From: Longimicrobiales bacterium
Lineage (GTDB): Bacteria; Gemmatimonadota; Gemmatimonadetes; Longimicrobiales; Gaopeijiaceae
Direction of reading: 5' to 3'
Assembly (NCBI GenBank): GCA_965198065.1
Contig: CBDAON010000004.1
Coordinates: 1,248,001 to 1,312,000 of the forward strand
DNA: 64,000 bases
Shown: positions 39,023 through 54,590 of the stretch, in pieces
How the letters are laid out: each line of letters begins with the position of its first letter
Position numbering within the stretch: the first letter of the stretch is position 1
The notes under the pieces: model-generated
What the model saw: only the letters and a program-made list of their open reading frames with translations
What the model was told of the DNA's origin: nothing
The model's database searches: none
Program-made: the position numbers and the translations under genes

Positions 39023-39988
39023 ATGATTGCTGTCGAAGGGGTCACCAAGCGGTTCAACGGCCTCGTAGCCGTCGAGAACGTCAGCTTCGAGATCGGAAGC
39101 GGCGAGGTGGTGGGATTCCTGGGCCCGAACGGGGCGGGGAAGACCACGACGATGAGGATGCTCACCGGAACTCTTCAGCCGGATGAAGGGAGCATCCTCT
39201 ACGACGGCAGCTCGATCGATGACGCGCTCATCGAGTCCAAACAGCGGGTGGGCTACCTGCCGGAGGCGAATCCTCTCTACGAGGAAATGCTCGTCTCAGA
39301 GTACATCGAGTTCGCGGGTAGGCTTCGCGACCTAAGGGGTAGCGCCCTCCAGGACCGCCTCCGCGACGCGGTGGACGAGACCGGCATCGGCGAGGTGTTC
39401 TTCCGCCCCATCTCGGAGATCTCCAAAGGGTACCGGCAGCGCGTCGGGCTGGCGGCCGCGATCCTGCACCGTCCGGAGATACTCGTGCTGGACGAGCCCA
39501 CCGAGGGGCTGGATCCGAACCAGCGGGTTGAGATCCGGCGGTTGGTGAGCTCCCTGGGTCGCGAACGGACGGTCCTTCTCAGCACCCACGTCATGCAGGA
39601 GGTCGAGGCGACGTGCAGCCGGCTTCTGATCATCCACCGCGGCCGGCTCGTGGCCGATGGCAGCGTGGGCGACCTCCTGGCCACCAGGAAGGGCTTTGCG
39701 GCGTACGTCGTCGAGGCCGAGGGACAGGACGTCGCGCCGGCCCTCGCCGAGCTCCCGGGCGTGGAGTCCTACGAGGAGGAGAGGGTCGAGGGCCGTAGCC
39801 GAATTCGCGTGATGGTTTCCGGGGATGAGGAGCTCCGGCCCCGCATATTTCGCCTCGCCTCCGAGCGCGGCTGGATCCTGTGGGAGCTCCACCGTGAGCG
39901 AGCCAGCCTGGAGCAGCTCTTCCACGAGATCACGGCTGAGGGGGGCGGCGACGGGAACGCAGGCTCCGAGGTGGAGGAGGACCGATGA
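39023..39988 (+). CDS. ABC transporter ATPase, GldA-like
   Basis: GPNGAGKTT, GYLPE, ISKGYRQR, LDEPTEGLDP, STH. Confidence 0.9.
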   Translation: MIAVEGVTKRFNGLVAVENVSFEIGSGEVVGFLGPNGAGKTTTMRMLTGTLQPDEGSILYDGSSIDDALIESKQRVGYLPEANPLYEEMLVSEYIEFAGRLRDLRGSALQDRLRDAVDETGIGEVFFRPISEISKGYRQRVGLAAAILHRPEILVLDEPTEGLDPNQRVEIRRLVSSLGRERTVLLSTHVMQEVEATCSRLLIIHRGRLVADGSVGDLLATRKGFAAYVVEAEGQDVAPALAELPGVESYEEERVEGRSRIRVMVSGDEELRPRIFRLASERGWILWELHRERASLEQLFHEITAEGGGDGNAGSEVEEDR

Positions 39989-42255
39989 GGCCCACGGGCA
40001 CCGTGCTTCGGGCCGAGCTGCGGGGGTACCTGGACCACCCCACGGCGTATGTGCTCGTCGTCGCGTTTCTGGGGCTCGCGCTCTTCCTCTCAATCCGGCA
40101 GATGTACCTGTCGGGGCTCGCGACTCTGAGACCCCTCTTCGATTTGCTTCCCTGGCTGTTCACGGTGTTCGTGCCGGCGGTGACCATGCGATCCCTCGCC
40201 GAGGAGCGCCGCGGACGCACCCTGGAGTGGCTCCTCGCCCAGCCGCTTGGCGAGGGTGAGCTCGTCCTGGGCAAGCTCCTCGGGAACTGGCTCATGGTGC
40301 TCATCGCCCTGGCCGGAACCGTCCCCACGGCCCTGGCCCTAGCGTTCATGACGGAGGCGGATCCCGGGATCATGGTGGGTCAGTACACCGGCGCCGCGCT
40401 CCTGGCCGGTCAGCTCTCGGCCATCGGGCTGTGGGCCTCGAGCGTGACCCGAAACCAGATCACCGCGTTCATCCTCGGCGTCAGCGTGGGCCTCTTCCTC
40501 CTGCTGCTCGGCACGCCCGTTGTGACCCTCGGGCTCCCGGGTGTCCTGTCGGGTGCAGCGACTCGACTCTCCCTCCTCGGCCACTTCGCCAATGTGACCC
40601 GGGGAGTCATCGATCTCCGGGACGTGCTGTACTTCGTGTCGGCGATGGCCCTGTTCGCGTTCCTCGCGTACGTCGCGGTGGTCCGCGAGCGACTGAGCGG
40701 CGCGAGGCCGGCGTACCGGCGTCTGCGCGTCGGTGTCGTGGCGATGGCGGCAGCGGTGGTCATGCTGAACCTCGTCGGGGGCTACATCCGCGGTCGACTG
40801 GACCTGACGCGCGGAAGCGTCTACACGCTCGCGGAGGGCACTAGGCAGATCTTGGGGGAGCTGGACGACGTCGTGTCGATCCGCTTCTTCCTTTCGAGCG
40901 AGCTTCCTCCCGAGGTTCAGGTCTCGGTGCGGGACGTTCAGGATCTGCTCGCCGACATCGAGCGAGCGTCGGACGGATTCGTCCGGGTGGAGCAGGTGAA
41001 TCCGGACGACGATCCGGATACGGCCGAAGAGGCCCTGGATCTGGGCGTCAGCGACATCGACTTCAACGTGCTCCGGAACGACGAGTTCCAGGTGCGCCGC
41101 GGGTGGTTCGGCCTGGCGCTCCTGTACGCCGACCAGAGCGAGCGCATCCCGGTGATCGACCGCACGGACGATCTGGAGTTCCGGCTACTGTCGGCGATCT
41201 CCAGGATGACCACCGAGGCCAGTCCGACTGTGACGTTCCTGACCGGGTTCGGGGCGCGGGAGCCGTCGTCGTTTGTGAACTTCTACGGCATGCTCCTGGA
41301 GCGGTACGATGTCGGGGTCATCCAGCTGGAAGGGGACTCCGTTCCCGAGCGGCTCTCGCCGGATTCGACCGGCGTCATCGTGGTCGCGGCCCCGAGTCTC
41401 ACGCTCGACACGGCCGCGGTCGAGCTGGTCCGCAACTACCTGAGCGAGGGGGGAGCCGGTCTCTTCCTCCTGGACCGAAACCAGGTCCAGGGGGAGATGC
41501 TCATCGCCCAGGAAGTCACCACCGGGCTCGAGCCGGTGCTCGAGGAGCACGGAGTGCGGCTCGTGTCCGGCATCATCTACGACCTCCGGTCGAGCGAGCG
41601 GATCAACGCGGGCCAGCAGGGTGTCTTCCAGCTCGTCCAGGCCTATCCATACTGGCCCATCGTCTTCCCGGGGGACGTCCACGCGACGAACCGGGAGCTG
41701 CAGCGCATGAGCCTGGGCTGGGCCAACCCCGTGGAGATCGTGGAGGGGGCGCCGGCGGCGGCGCTCTGGATAACGACGGACGCCGCCGGGCTCCAGCCAT
41801 CCGGCACGCCGGTCGCACCTGGACCCGATGCGCAGTTCAGCGAGGATGACCTGGGAGTGCGGATCGTGGCGGCCGCGGTGGGCCCGGAGCTCGCGGCCGA
41901 GGCGGACGAAGGCGGCGCCGCACCCTCGGCGGCTTCGTCGGGGAGCCCCCCCAGTCGTATCGTGGTGGTGGGGGACGTGGACTTCCTGAACGACAGCTTC
42001 GTCGGAGCGAGCCCCCAGAACCTCTTCTTCGCCGCGAACGCGGTGGACTGGCTCGCCCAGGACGAGGCGTTGATCTCCATCCGGTCCAAGAACCGGGTGC
42101 CCCCGCCCCTCATCTTCCCCTCAGATGGCCTGCGCGCCTCCGTGCGGTGGGGGAGCCTGCTGGGGGTGCCGTTCCTGCTCGTCCTCCTCGGCCTGATCCG
42201 CGTGGGTGGCCGGCGCCGCCGCGCCGAACGCCGCTGGCGAGAGGTCCTCAAGTGA
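39985..42255 (+). CDS. Fused ABC-2 permease (GldF-like) and GldG/GIFT-type periplasmic domain
   Basis: PAVTMRSLAEERRGRTLEWL, SSVTRNQI, RGVIDLRD, then DLTRGSVYTL, VVVGDVDF, NAVDWL, C-terminal TM. Confidence 0.85.
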   Translation: MRPTGTVLRAELRGYLDHPTAYVLVVAFLGLALFLSIRQMYLSGLATLRPLFDLLPWLFTVFVPAVTMRSLAEERRGRTLEWLLAQPLGEGELVLGKLLGNWLMVLIALAGTVPTALALAFMTEADPGIMVGQYTGAALLAGQLSAIGLWASSVTRNQITAFILGVSVGLFLLLLGTPVVTLGLPGVLSGAATRLSLLGHFANVTRGVIDLRDVLYFVSAMALFAFLAYVAVVRERLSGARPAYRRLRVGVVAMAAAVVMLNLVGGYIRGRLDLTRGSVYTLAEGTRQILGELDDVVSIRFFLSSELPPEVQVSVRDVQDLLADIERASDGFVRVEQVNPDDDPDTAEEALDLGVSDIDFNVLRNDEFQVRRGWFGLALLYADQSERIPVIDRTDDLEFRLLSAISRMTTEASPTVTFLTGFGAREPSSFVNFYGMLLERYDVGVIQLEGDSVPERLSPDSTGVIVVAAPSLTLDTAAVELVRNYLSEGGAGLFLLDRNQVQGEMLIAQEVTTGLEPVLEEHGVRLVSGIIYDLRSSERINAGQQGVFQLVQAYPYWPIVFPGDVHATNRELQRMSLGWANPVEIVEGAPAAALWITTDAAGLQPSGTPVAPGPDAQFSEDDLGVRIVAAAVGPELAAEADEGGAAPSAASSGSPPSRIVVVGDVDFLNDSFVGASPQNLFFAANAVDWLAQDEALISIRSKNRVPPPLIFPSDGLRASVRWGSLLGVPFLLVLLGLIRVGGRRRRAERRWREVLK

Positions 42256-43169
42256 GCACCCGCGCCCTCCAGGTCGTGCTTGGCACGCTCGGGGGGCTCG
42301 TCCTCGTCTACGGGCTCATGCTCCTGGCGGGGTCCATGGAGGCGCCGGCGTCCGAAGCCGAGACCGCGCTCGCCGGGGCCCTCGCGGCCGTCGGCCGGGA
42401 CAGCGTCGAGGTCATCGAGATCGTGGGGGGCGAGGAGCTGGTCACGATCCGTCGGGCGCCGGAGGGTTGGACGGTAAGCGGCTTCCCCGCGGACACGCTC
42501 GCCATCTGGAGGGTCCTCGACGCGCTCGCGGTCGGCTCGATCGGCTCCCTCATCTCGTCCAACCCCGAGAACCACGACCGCCTGGGTGTGATCGGTGAGG
42601 CTGCCCTCCAGCTCAGCGTCACGAGGACGGGCGGGGCGGACGTGACGCTCACGGTCGGGGATGCCGGTCCTGGGACGTCGTCCACCTACGTGCGCCTTCC
42701 CGACTCAAACGACGTGTTCCTCCTTCGGACGGGGCTTCGGACCGCGGCGGCGCGGGGCGGCGTGGGCTCGTGGCGCGACCGCACGGTGGCGCGCGTGGAC
42801 ACCGCCGCAGTGGCGAGGCTCGCAGTCGAGCGGGAGGGAGCGTTGACGGAGATGGTACGGGCCGACAGCGTCTGGACCGTCGACGGGGCGCCGGCCGTCG
42901 CGCTTCCGGTGCGCGATCTCCTCGGCGGGCTCTCGAGCCTGATCGCCATCGGCTTCGCGCCCGACTCGGTGACGCTCGACACGGTGACGCGGAGAGTCGT
43001 GGCGATCGGGGCCGAGGGCGACACGCTGGCGGCCATCGAGATGGGGGAGGGTTCCACGGGCGGGCAGATCCCCACCCGAACGCCGGGTGTGGACGGGATC
43101 CTCGAGCTCACGCAGTTCCAGGCCGATCGGATCACCCCGACCAGGGAACGGGTGACGGGGGAGAGCTAG
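42252..43169 (+). CDS. DUF4340-like membrane-anchored protein
   Basis: GTG 42252 (GTGA overlap); N-terminal TM, TYVR...VF, WRDRTV, repeated W-T-V module; typical position after GldG. Confidence 0.75.
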   Translation: MSTRALQVVLGTLGGLVLVYGLMLLAGSMEAPASEAETALAGALAAVGRDSVEVIEIVGGEELVTIRRAPEGWTVSGFPADTLAIWRVLDALAVGSIGSLISSNPENHDRLGVIGEAALQLSVTRTGGADVTLTVGDAGPGTSSTYVRLPDSNDVFLLRTGLRTAAARGGVGSWRDRTVARVDTAAVARLAVEREGALTEMVRADSVWTVDGAPAVALPVRDLLGGLSSLIAIGFAPDSVTLDTVTRRVVAIGAEGDTLAAIEMGEGSTGGQIPTRTPGVDGILELTQFQADRITPTRERVTGES

Positions 43170-43214
43170 GGATGCTCTCTGCGCTGAACCGCGCCGGCCC
43201 AGTGATCTCCTAGC

Positions 43215-44655
43215 TCAGGGCACCGGCGCCGGAAGCGCGGACTCACTCATCAGGAACTCGTCCACGCCTCGAGCTGCGGAGCGACCCTCGGCGATCGCCC
43301 AAACGATCAGGGACTGCCCGCGCTGCATGTCGCCGCAAACGAATACCGCGGGCACGCTCGTCATCCAGCGCTCGTCCCGCCACACGTTGCCCCGCTCAGT
43401 GAGCCTGACGCCCAGATCGGTGAGGAGCCCCGGGCGCTCGGGCCCCACAAACCCCATGGCGAGGAGAACCAGGTCGGTGTCCAGGACGAGCTCACCGCCC
43501 GGGATCGGCTCGAACGAAACGCGCCCTCCCTCGATCACTCTCTGCACCTCGACGGCCTCGAGCGCTCTCACGCGCCCCTTCTCATCGCCGACGAAGCGCT
43601 GGGTCGAGACGGAGTAGACTCGATCGCCTCCCTCCTCGTGCGCCGGGGAGGTCCGGAAGACGTTCGGCCACTCGGGCCACGGGTTGTCGGCGGCACGCTC
43701 CTCGGGCGGCCGTGGGAGGAGCTCCAGTTGGTGAACCGAAAGGGCTCCCTGACGGTGGGCGGTGCCCAGGCAGTCGGCGCCGGTGTCTCCCCCGCCGATG
43801 ATCACCACGTGCCGGCCCTCGGCGCTGACGAACTCCGCGTTGGGTATGACGTCGCCCTCGCACCGGCGGTTCTGGAGCTTCAAGTACTCCATCGCGAAGT
43901 GAATTCCGTCGAGCTCCCGGCTGGGAGTCTTCAGGTCGCGGGGCTCTAATGCTCCCCCCGCCAGGACGATCGCGTCGAAGCCGTCCTGAAGCTCGCGCAC
44001 GGGCACGTCTCCCCCGACATCCGCGTTGGCGCGGAACACCACTCCGTCCTCCTCCATGAGCGCGAGCCGGCGATCGAGCACGCGCTTCTCCATCTTGAAC
44101 TCGGGGATGCCATAGCGAAGCAGGCCGCCGATGCGGTCGTCGCGCTCGAAGACGGTGACGAGGTGGCCCGACCGGTTCAGCTGCTCGGCGGCGGCCAGAC
44201 CGGCCGGTCCCGAGCCGACGACCGCGACCCTCTTGCCTGTGCGTTCCCCGGGCGGCTGGGCGCTGACCCAGCCCTCCTCGAAGGCGCGGTCGATGACGGA
44301 GATTTCCACCGCCTTGATCGTGACCGGATCGTCGTTGATCCCGAGCACGCACGACCCCTCGCAGGGAGCCGGACAGAGGGTCCCCGTGAACTCGGGGAAG
44401 TTGTTCGTCGCGTGAAGCCGCTCGATCGCTTCCTTCCAGTGATCCCGGTAGACGAGGTCGTTCCAGTCCGGGATCAGGTTCCCGAGTGGGCAGCCCTCGT
44501 GGCAGAACGGGATGCCGCAGTCCATGCAGCGCGCCGCCTGCTTCTTGAGCTCCGGCTCCGGATAGGGTAGATAGGCTTCCTTCCAGTCGCGGATGCGCTC
44601 GGCGACCGGCCGGGTAGGCCACTTCCTGTACTTGATCTCTATGAAGCCGGTGACC

Positions 44656-44663
<8 letters not shown>
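43215..44663 (-). CDS. gltD: Glutamate synthase small subunit
   Basis: [40 protein letters not shown] 44663. Confidence 0.96.
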
Positions 44664-49236
<4,573 letters not shown>

Positions 49237-49414
49237 CTCCCCTCCATTCTCACTCGATCGGGCCTCGCCGCGTGCGGACATCGACGGTCCCCTCGATGTC
49301 GCCACGGGGTCCCTCGTTCAAAGGGCCATAGAGGCCCCGGCCTCCGTAAAGCGGGACGAGGCCATTCGGGTACCCCTCTGTCGTTAAGAGCGCCGGACTT
49401 CGGCCCGAGCTTCG

Positions 49415-50332
49415 CTAGGCGGCCGGTGCGGTCATCCGACTCCCCTCTTCGGGGAGGTCGTGGTCCCTCAGGTAATGCACGAATGCGTCCACGACGGGCG
49501 GAAGCGCACGGTCCCGCCGGTGCACGATCGCGAGCGGCCGGATCAGGGTGGGCTGCAGATCCGCGGTGGCGAGCACGCCCCGCGCGACCTCGACCCGGAC
49601 AGTCCGCCGTGGAAGGATCCCGACGCCGTCCGTCTCCGAAACGGCGGCCTTGATCGTGTCGATGTTGTCGAAAGAGCTCTCCACGGTGGGCTGCACACCG
49701 TGACGCCTCAAGTACGATCGAATCTCCCGTGAAATGCGAAGGCTTGCGTCGAAGCCGATGAGCCGCTCGTCGGCGAGGTCCGCGGGACGGTGCCGCGTCC
49801 GGCCGTGCAGCCGATGCCCCACACGAAAGACCGCCACCATCCGCTCGTCCCGGAGCGGGATGTGGGCCAGGTCGGGCCAGCGGTCGGGATACGACAGAAT
49901 GCCGAAGTCGCTCTTCCCCTGACGCACGGACTCCTGGACGCCCTGCGGCTGGAGATACTGGATCTGGATCTTCACCTCGGGATTCAGCTCCTGGAACCCT
50001 TCGCGGATCTCGTTCAGGTGCGCGACGTCGGCTGAGTAGATCGACGCGACGTTCACGGTGCCGCGGAACGGCCCGACGCTCCCCACCACCTCCCGCTGGA
50101 GACGGTCGTAGCGGTCCAGGATCTCGCGGCAGCCCTCGTAATAGACCTTCCCCACGTGCGTGAGACCGCAGGGCCGCGTGGAGCGGTCGATGAGCTCCAC
50201 CCCGAGATCGTCCTCCAGGCCGCGGATCCTCTGGGACGCCGCAGATTGGGTGATCCCGTGCAGCTCCGCCCCCTTCGAGAAGTTCCCGTTCTGGGCGACG
50301 TCACAAAACAGCTTGATCGTGGCCAGGGACAT
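49415..50332 (-). CDS. LysR-family transcriptional regulator, probably of gltBD
   Basis: HTH NFSKGAELHGITQSAASQRIRGLE...LIDR plus substrate-binding domain; ATG 50332. Confidence 0.92.
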   Translation of the reverse strand: MSLATIKLFCDVAQNGNFSKGAELHGITQSAASQRIRGLEDDLGVELIDRSTRPCGLTHVGKVYYEGCREILDRYDRLQREVVGSVGPFRGTVNVASIYSADVAHLNEIREGFQELNPEVKIQIQYLQPQGVQESVRQGKSDFGILSYPDRWPDLAHIPLRDERMVAVFRVGHRLHGRTRHRPADLADERLIGFDASLRISREIRSYLRRHGVQPTVESSFDNIDTIKAAVSETDGVGILPRRTVRVEVARGVLATADLQPTLIRPLAIVHRRDRALPPVVDAFVHYLRDHDLPEEGSRMTAPAA

Positions 50333-50340
50333 GGGGGCCA

Positions 50341-50399
50341 ATACTAAGATGATTTTTTGTAATGTCAATCCTGTTGACAAGTATTCAGTCTAATACTTG
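50341..50399. promoter_or_regulatory. AT-rich control region: minus-strand promoter TTGACA-N16-TAGTAT and two inverted repeats
   Basis: TGTCAA-N5-TTGACA (50363-50379) and CAAGTATT-N6-AATACTTG (50378-50399). Confidence 0.7.
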
Positions 50400-50582
50400 A
50401 CTTCCGAAGGTGCTCCCTCAGGACGGGGGCGCCACGGGCCCTCCGGACCGTTGCCGCGATCCTCCGTTTTTCGTTATTTTTCAAGGGTTATCGAGGGTTT
50501 CTCACTCTCGCAGGACTGATCGTCCCCGACCCGGCCACGGGGATCCCCGCGGGGGCCCACTTTATCCAATCGAGCTGACTTC

Positions 50583-53051
50583 ATGGAATCGGAAAACGGG
50601 CAGAAGATCCTTTCCCGCCTGCTCGAAGACGAGATGCGGGAGTCGTTCATCGACTATTCGATGAGCGTGATCGTCCAGCGCGCCCTGCCCGACGTCCGGG
50701 ACGGCCTCAAGCCCGTGCACCGGCGCATCCTCTACGCGATGAACGGGCTCGGGCTCACTCCCGGACGGGCGTACAAGAAGAGCGCGACCGTGGTCGGAGA
50801 GGTCCTCGGCAAATTCCACCCGCATGGGGACGCCGCCGTCTACGACTCCATGGTCCGCATGGTCCAGGGCTTCTCGCTCCGCTATCCGCTCGTGGACGGG
50901 CAGGGGAATTTCGGCTCGATCGACGGGGACTCGGCAGCCGCTTACCGGTACACGGAGGCCCGGCTCACCTCGATTGCCGTCGAGTCGCTTGAGGACATTG
51001 ACAAGGAGACGGTCTCATTCGTCCCGAACTTCGACGGACGGATCGACGAGCCCACGGTGCTCCCGTCCAAGTTCCCGAACCTGCTGGTGAACGGGTCCTC
51101 CGGGATCGCGGTCGGGATGGCGACGAACATCCCACCCCACAACTTGCGTGAGGTCGCGGCCGCGCTCACGGCACTGATCGACGATCGGGAGCTCGCTCAG
51201 GAGAGGCTCGAGGCGCTGGTCCTGGGGCCGGACTTCCCCACGGGCGGGTTCATCTGCGGGTGGTCCGGGATCCGGGATGCGTACCGCACCGGGCGGGGGC
51301 GGATCGTGATGCGGGCGAAGGTCGAGGAGGAGGAAACGGCGAACGGCGCGCCGCGCATCGTCGTGCGTGAGATCCCGTTCATGGTGAACAAGGCGCGACT
51401 GCTCGAGCAGATCGCCCAGCTCGCCCGGGACAGGAAGGTACCCGAGATCTCGGCCTTGAGGGACGAGTCCGATCGAGACGGGATGCGGATCGTCGTCGAG
51501 CTGAAGAGGGATGCGATTACCCAGGTGGTGCTGAACCAGCTCTACAAGCACACGCAGATGCAGTCCACGTTCGGCACGATCCTCCTCGCTCTCGTGGACG
51601 GCGTGCCCCGCGTGATGTCGCTCCGGGAGATGCTCCTCCACTTCATCGACCACCGGCACGAGGTGGTCGTGCGGCGGAGCGAGTTCGATCTCCGGCAGGC
51701 ACGGGAGCGGGAGCACATCCTGGAAGGGCTCAAGGTCGCCGTCGACGACATCGACGAGGTGATCAAGATCATCCGGGGCTCGAAGGACACACCCACGGCC
51801 GCGGCGGCGCTGCAGGAGTCGTTCTCCCTCTCGGATCGGCAGGCGGACGCGATCCTGAATATGCGGCTCGCCCGGCTCACGGGGCTCGAGATGGAGAAGC
51901 TCAATGAGGAGCTCGCACAGGTGCGGACCGCCATCGCCGAGCTGGAGAAGCTCCTCGGGGACCGCTCGCTCCGCATGACGGTCATCAAGGACGAGCTCGG
52001 GGAGCTGGCCCGGAAGTACGGAGACGATCGCCGGACGAACGTCCTAGAGCACGAGTTCGACCTCCAGATGGAGGATCTGATCGCGGACGAGGAGATGGTC
52101 ATCACGGTGAGCCATCAGGGCTACGTGAAACGGATCCCGATCGCGACCTATCGCTCCCAGCGCCGCGGGGGCCGGGGGCTCCGGGGGATGGAGACGAAGG
52201 AGGAGGACTGGGTCGAGCACCTTTTCGTCGCGGCCACGCACGACGTCCTCATGATCTTCACGCGGGACGGGCAGTGCCACTGGCTCAAGGTGTGGCAGAT
52301 CCCGCAAGGAAGCCGGCAGGCCAAGGGGAAGCCCGTAGTGAACCTCCTGAGCATCGCCTCCGAATCGCGGATTGCCTCGGTCGTGCCCGTGCGGGAGTTC
52401 AGAGAGGACCGCTACCTCCTCTTCTGCACCCGACGGGGCGTTGTGAAAAAGACCGCGCTGTCGGCCTATGGGAACGTGCGCTCCGTGGGGCTCAACGCGA
52501 TCAACGTGCGGGCGGGGGACGAGCTGATCGACGTTCAGATCACCGGGGGTGACGACGAAGTGATCCTCGCGACCAGCGCGGGGACGGCCATTCGCTTCTC
52601 CGAGGCGGACTGCCGCCCCCTAGGTCGGGCCACCGAGGGCGTGAAGGGGATCACGCTCAGGAAGGCCGACGAGGTCGTCGGCATGGTCGTCGTGCGACCG
52701 GGCTCGACCCTCCTCGTGGTTACCGAGGGAGGGATGGGAAAGCGTACGGAAGTGGATGCCTACCGGCTCCAGAAGCGGGGCGGGATGGGCGTCATCAACA
52801 TGAAGCTATCGAAGCGCACGGGTCGGGTCGTCACCATCAAGTCCGTCGTGCCGGGCGAGGAGCTCATGCTGATCACGCGAAACGGGGTCGTGAATCGGCA
52901 GGGAGCGGACGCGATCCGCTTGATCGGGCGGGCCACGCAAGGCGTGAGACTCGTCAGCCTGGACGAGGGGGACGCGATCATGGACGTCGCGCGGATCGTC
53001 CAGGAGAACGGTGAGGAGGAGCCGGCAGCCGGTGAGGGAGGGGAGGGGTAG
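50583..53051 (+). CDS. gyrA: DNA gyrase subunit A
   Basis: [22 protein letters not shown] (catalytic Tyr), GyrA-box QRRGGRG, beta-pinwheel repeats. Confidence 0.97.
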   Translation: MESENGQKILSRLLEDEMRESFIDYSMSVIVQRALPDVRDGLKPVHRRILYAMNGLGLTPGRAYKKSATVVGEVLGKFHPHGDAAVYDSMVRMVQGFSLRYPLVDGQGNFGSIDGDSAAAYRYTEARLTSIAVESLEDIDKETVSFVPNFDGRIDEPTVLPSKFPNLLVNGSSGIAVGMATNIPPHNLREVAAALTALIDDRELAQERLEALVLGPDFPTGGFICGWSGIRDAYRTGRGRIVMRAKVEEEETANGAPRIVVREIPFMVNKARLLEQIAQLARDRKVPEISALRDESDRDGMRIVVELKRDAITQVVLNQLYKHTQMQSTFGTILLALVDGVPRVMSLREMLLHFIDHRHEVVVRRSEFDLRQAREREHILEGLKVAVDDIDEVIKIIRGSKDTPTAAAALQESFSLSDRQADAILNMRLARLTGLEMEKLNEELAQVRTAIAELEKLLGDRSLRMTVIKDELGELARKYGDDRRTNVLEHEFDLQMEDLIADEEMVITVSHQGYVKRIPIATYRSQRRGGRGLRGMETKEEDWVEHLFVAATHDVLMIFTRDGQCHWLKVWQIPQGSRQAKGKPVVNLLSIASESRIASVVPVREFREDRYLLFCTRRGVVKKTALSAYGNVRSVGLNAINVRAGDELIDVQITGGDDEVILATSAGTAIRFSEADCRPLGRATEGVKGITLRKADEVVGMVVVRPGSTLLVVTEGGMGKRTEVDAYRLQKRGGMGVINMKLSKRTGRVVTIKSVVPGEELMLITRNGVVNRQGADAIRLIGRATQGVRLVSLDEGDAIMDVARIVQENGEEEPAAGEGGEG

Positions 53052-53059
53052 GGCTGCTC

Positions 53060-53739
53060 GTGAAACGGCTTGTCCTCTTCGACATCGACGGGACGCTCCT
53101 AACCGGAGGGCCCGCGAAGGAAGCGTTCCACCTGGCGCTCCTGGAGGTGTTCGGGACGGCGGGGCCGATCGACAAGTGGGACTTCTCCGGAAAGACGGAT
53201 CCGCAGATCGCGCGTGAGCTCCTCACCGAGGCCGGTCTCGAGTGCCACCGGATCGACTCTGGGCTTCTCAGCCTGTGGTCCCAATATGTGTATGAGCTCG
53301 AGACGCGCCTTCCCAGCCTGCCGCCCAGGGCGCACCCTGGCGTGGTGGCCCTCCTCTCGCACCTCGGCGAGGTTGAGGAGACACCGCTCGGCCTCCTGAC
53401 CGGGAACGTTCGAGAGGGTGCCCGGCTCAAGCTGACGGCGGCGGGACTTCACTCCTGGTTCGCGGTCGGCGCGTACGGATCGGATCACGAGAGCCGGAAC
53501 GAGCTTCCGCCCATTGCCCTCCGGAGGGCCCGGGACCACTGGGGCATCGAGTTCCCGGCGGCGAGCATGGTCGTGATCGGGGACACGCCCAGGGACGTAG
53601 CGTGCGGCCGGCTGGCGCGCGAACGATCGCGGTTGCCACCGGGCGGTTCGACACAGAGGTTCTGGAGAGGGCGGGTCCCGACCATGTGCTTCCCGACTTC
53701 CGTGACACGGGCCGCGTGCTCGAGGCGATTGTGAACTAG
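53060..53739 (+). pseudogene. HAD-family hydrolase (PGP-like), frameshift near 53610
   Basis: FDIDGTL, LTGN and IGDTPRD in frame; the family tail GARTIAVATG...PDHVLPDF continues in the -1 frame to TAG 53739. Confidence 0.75.
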
Positions 53740-53816
53740 CGGTTCTGAGTCCGCCGTTCCGCCGGCGGGACTCCCGGTGCCCTAGCGGTTCGAGAAGCCC
53801 AACAGGAGTGCGGAGC

Positions 53817-54590
53817 GTGACCAAGAGAGCAGAACGACGGAGAGAGCAACGGAGAGAGACGTCGGAGACCCCGATGAGCCGGGCCCCATGGATCGTGGGC
53901 GGCGTGGTTGTGGCCGGGGTCCTCATCGTCGCCTGGAATCTGGTGTCCTCGATCCTGGACGACACTGTCCGGGCTCCGGTCCCGGTGGCGTACGGGAGCC
54001 CGCAGGAGCTTCTCGAGCTGGCTCAGGGAGTCGAGGCAGGGAACCCGGACGCCGCCGTCACGATCTTTGAGTTCGGCGATTACCAGTGCCCGAGCTGCCG
54101 GAACTTCTTTCAGATGACGAAGCCTTTCCTGGACCTGACGTACATCGAGGAGAACCAGATCCGGTTCGTCTTCCACGACTTTCCGCTCCTCGATGCCCAC
54201 CCGAACGCCTTCCTCGCTGCGCGCGCGGCTCGTTGCGCCGGGGATCAGGGCGCGTACTGGAACTTCCACGACCGGCTTTTCCAGATGCAGAACGAGTGGG
54301 CGTTGATGGCGGATCCAAGCGGCGAGTTCGAGGGATACGCGGAGGAGATCGGCCTTGACGGCGGCGGGTTCCGGTCGTGTCTGGCGGGTGATCGGCACGC
54401 CGACGTGGTTAGCGCGAACATGCAGCTCGGAGTCGAGCTCGGGGTGCAGGGAACTCCCACGGTCATGATCGACAGCGGAGAGGGCCGCGCGATCACGCTC
54501 TCGGACTGGTCGATCGAGAGCATTCGGGCCGTCGTGGACGAAGCGCTCGGCCCTGAGGTGCCCGCTGAGCCGGAGGCGCCCACGCCGTGA
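53817..54590 (+). CDS. DsbA/BdbD-family thioredoxin-fold protein
   Basis: N-terminal TM, EFGDYQCPSC, DFPL, GVQGTPT. Confidence 0.9.
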   Translation: MTKRAERRREQRRETSETPMSRAPWIVGGVVVAGVLIVAWNLVSSILDDTVRAPVPVAYGSPQELLELAQGVEAGNPDAAVTIFEFGDYQCPSCRNFFQMTKPFLDLTYIEENQIRFVFHDFPLLDAHPNAFLAARAARCAGDQGAYWNFHDRLFQMQNEWALMADPSGEFEGYAEEIGLDGGGFRSCLAGDRHADVVSANMQLGVELGVQGTPTVMIDSGEGRAITLSDWSIESIRAVVDEALGPEVPAEPEAPTP

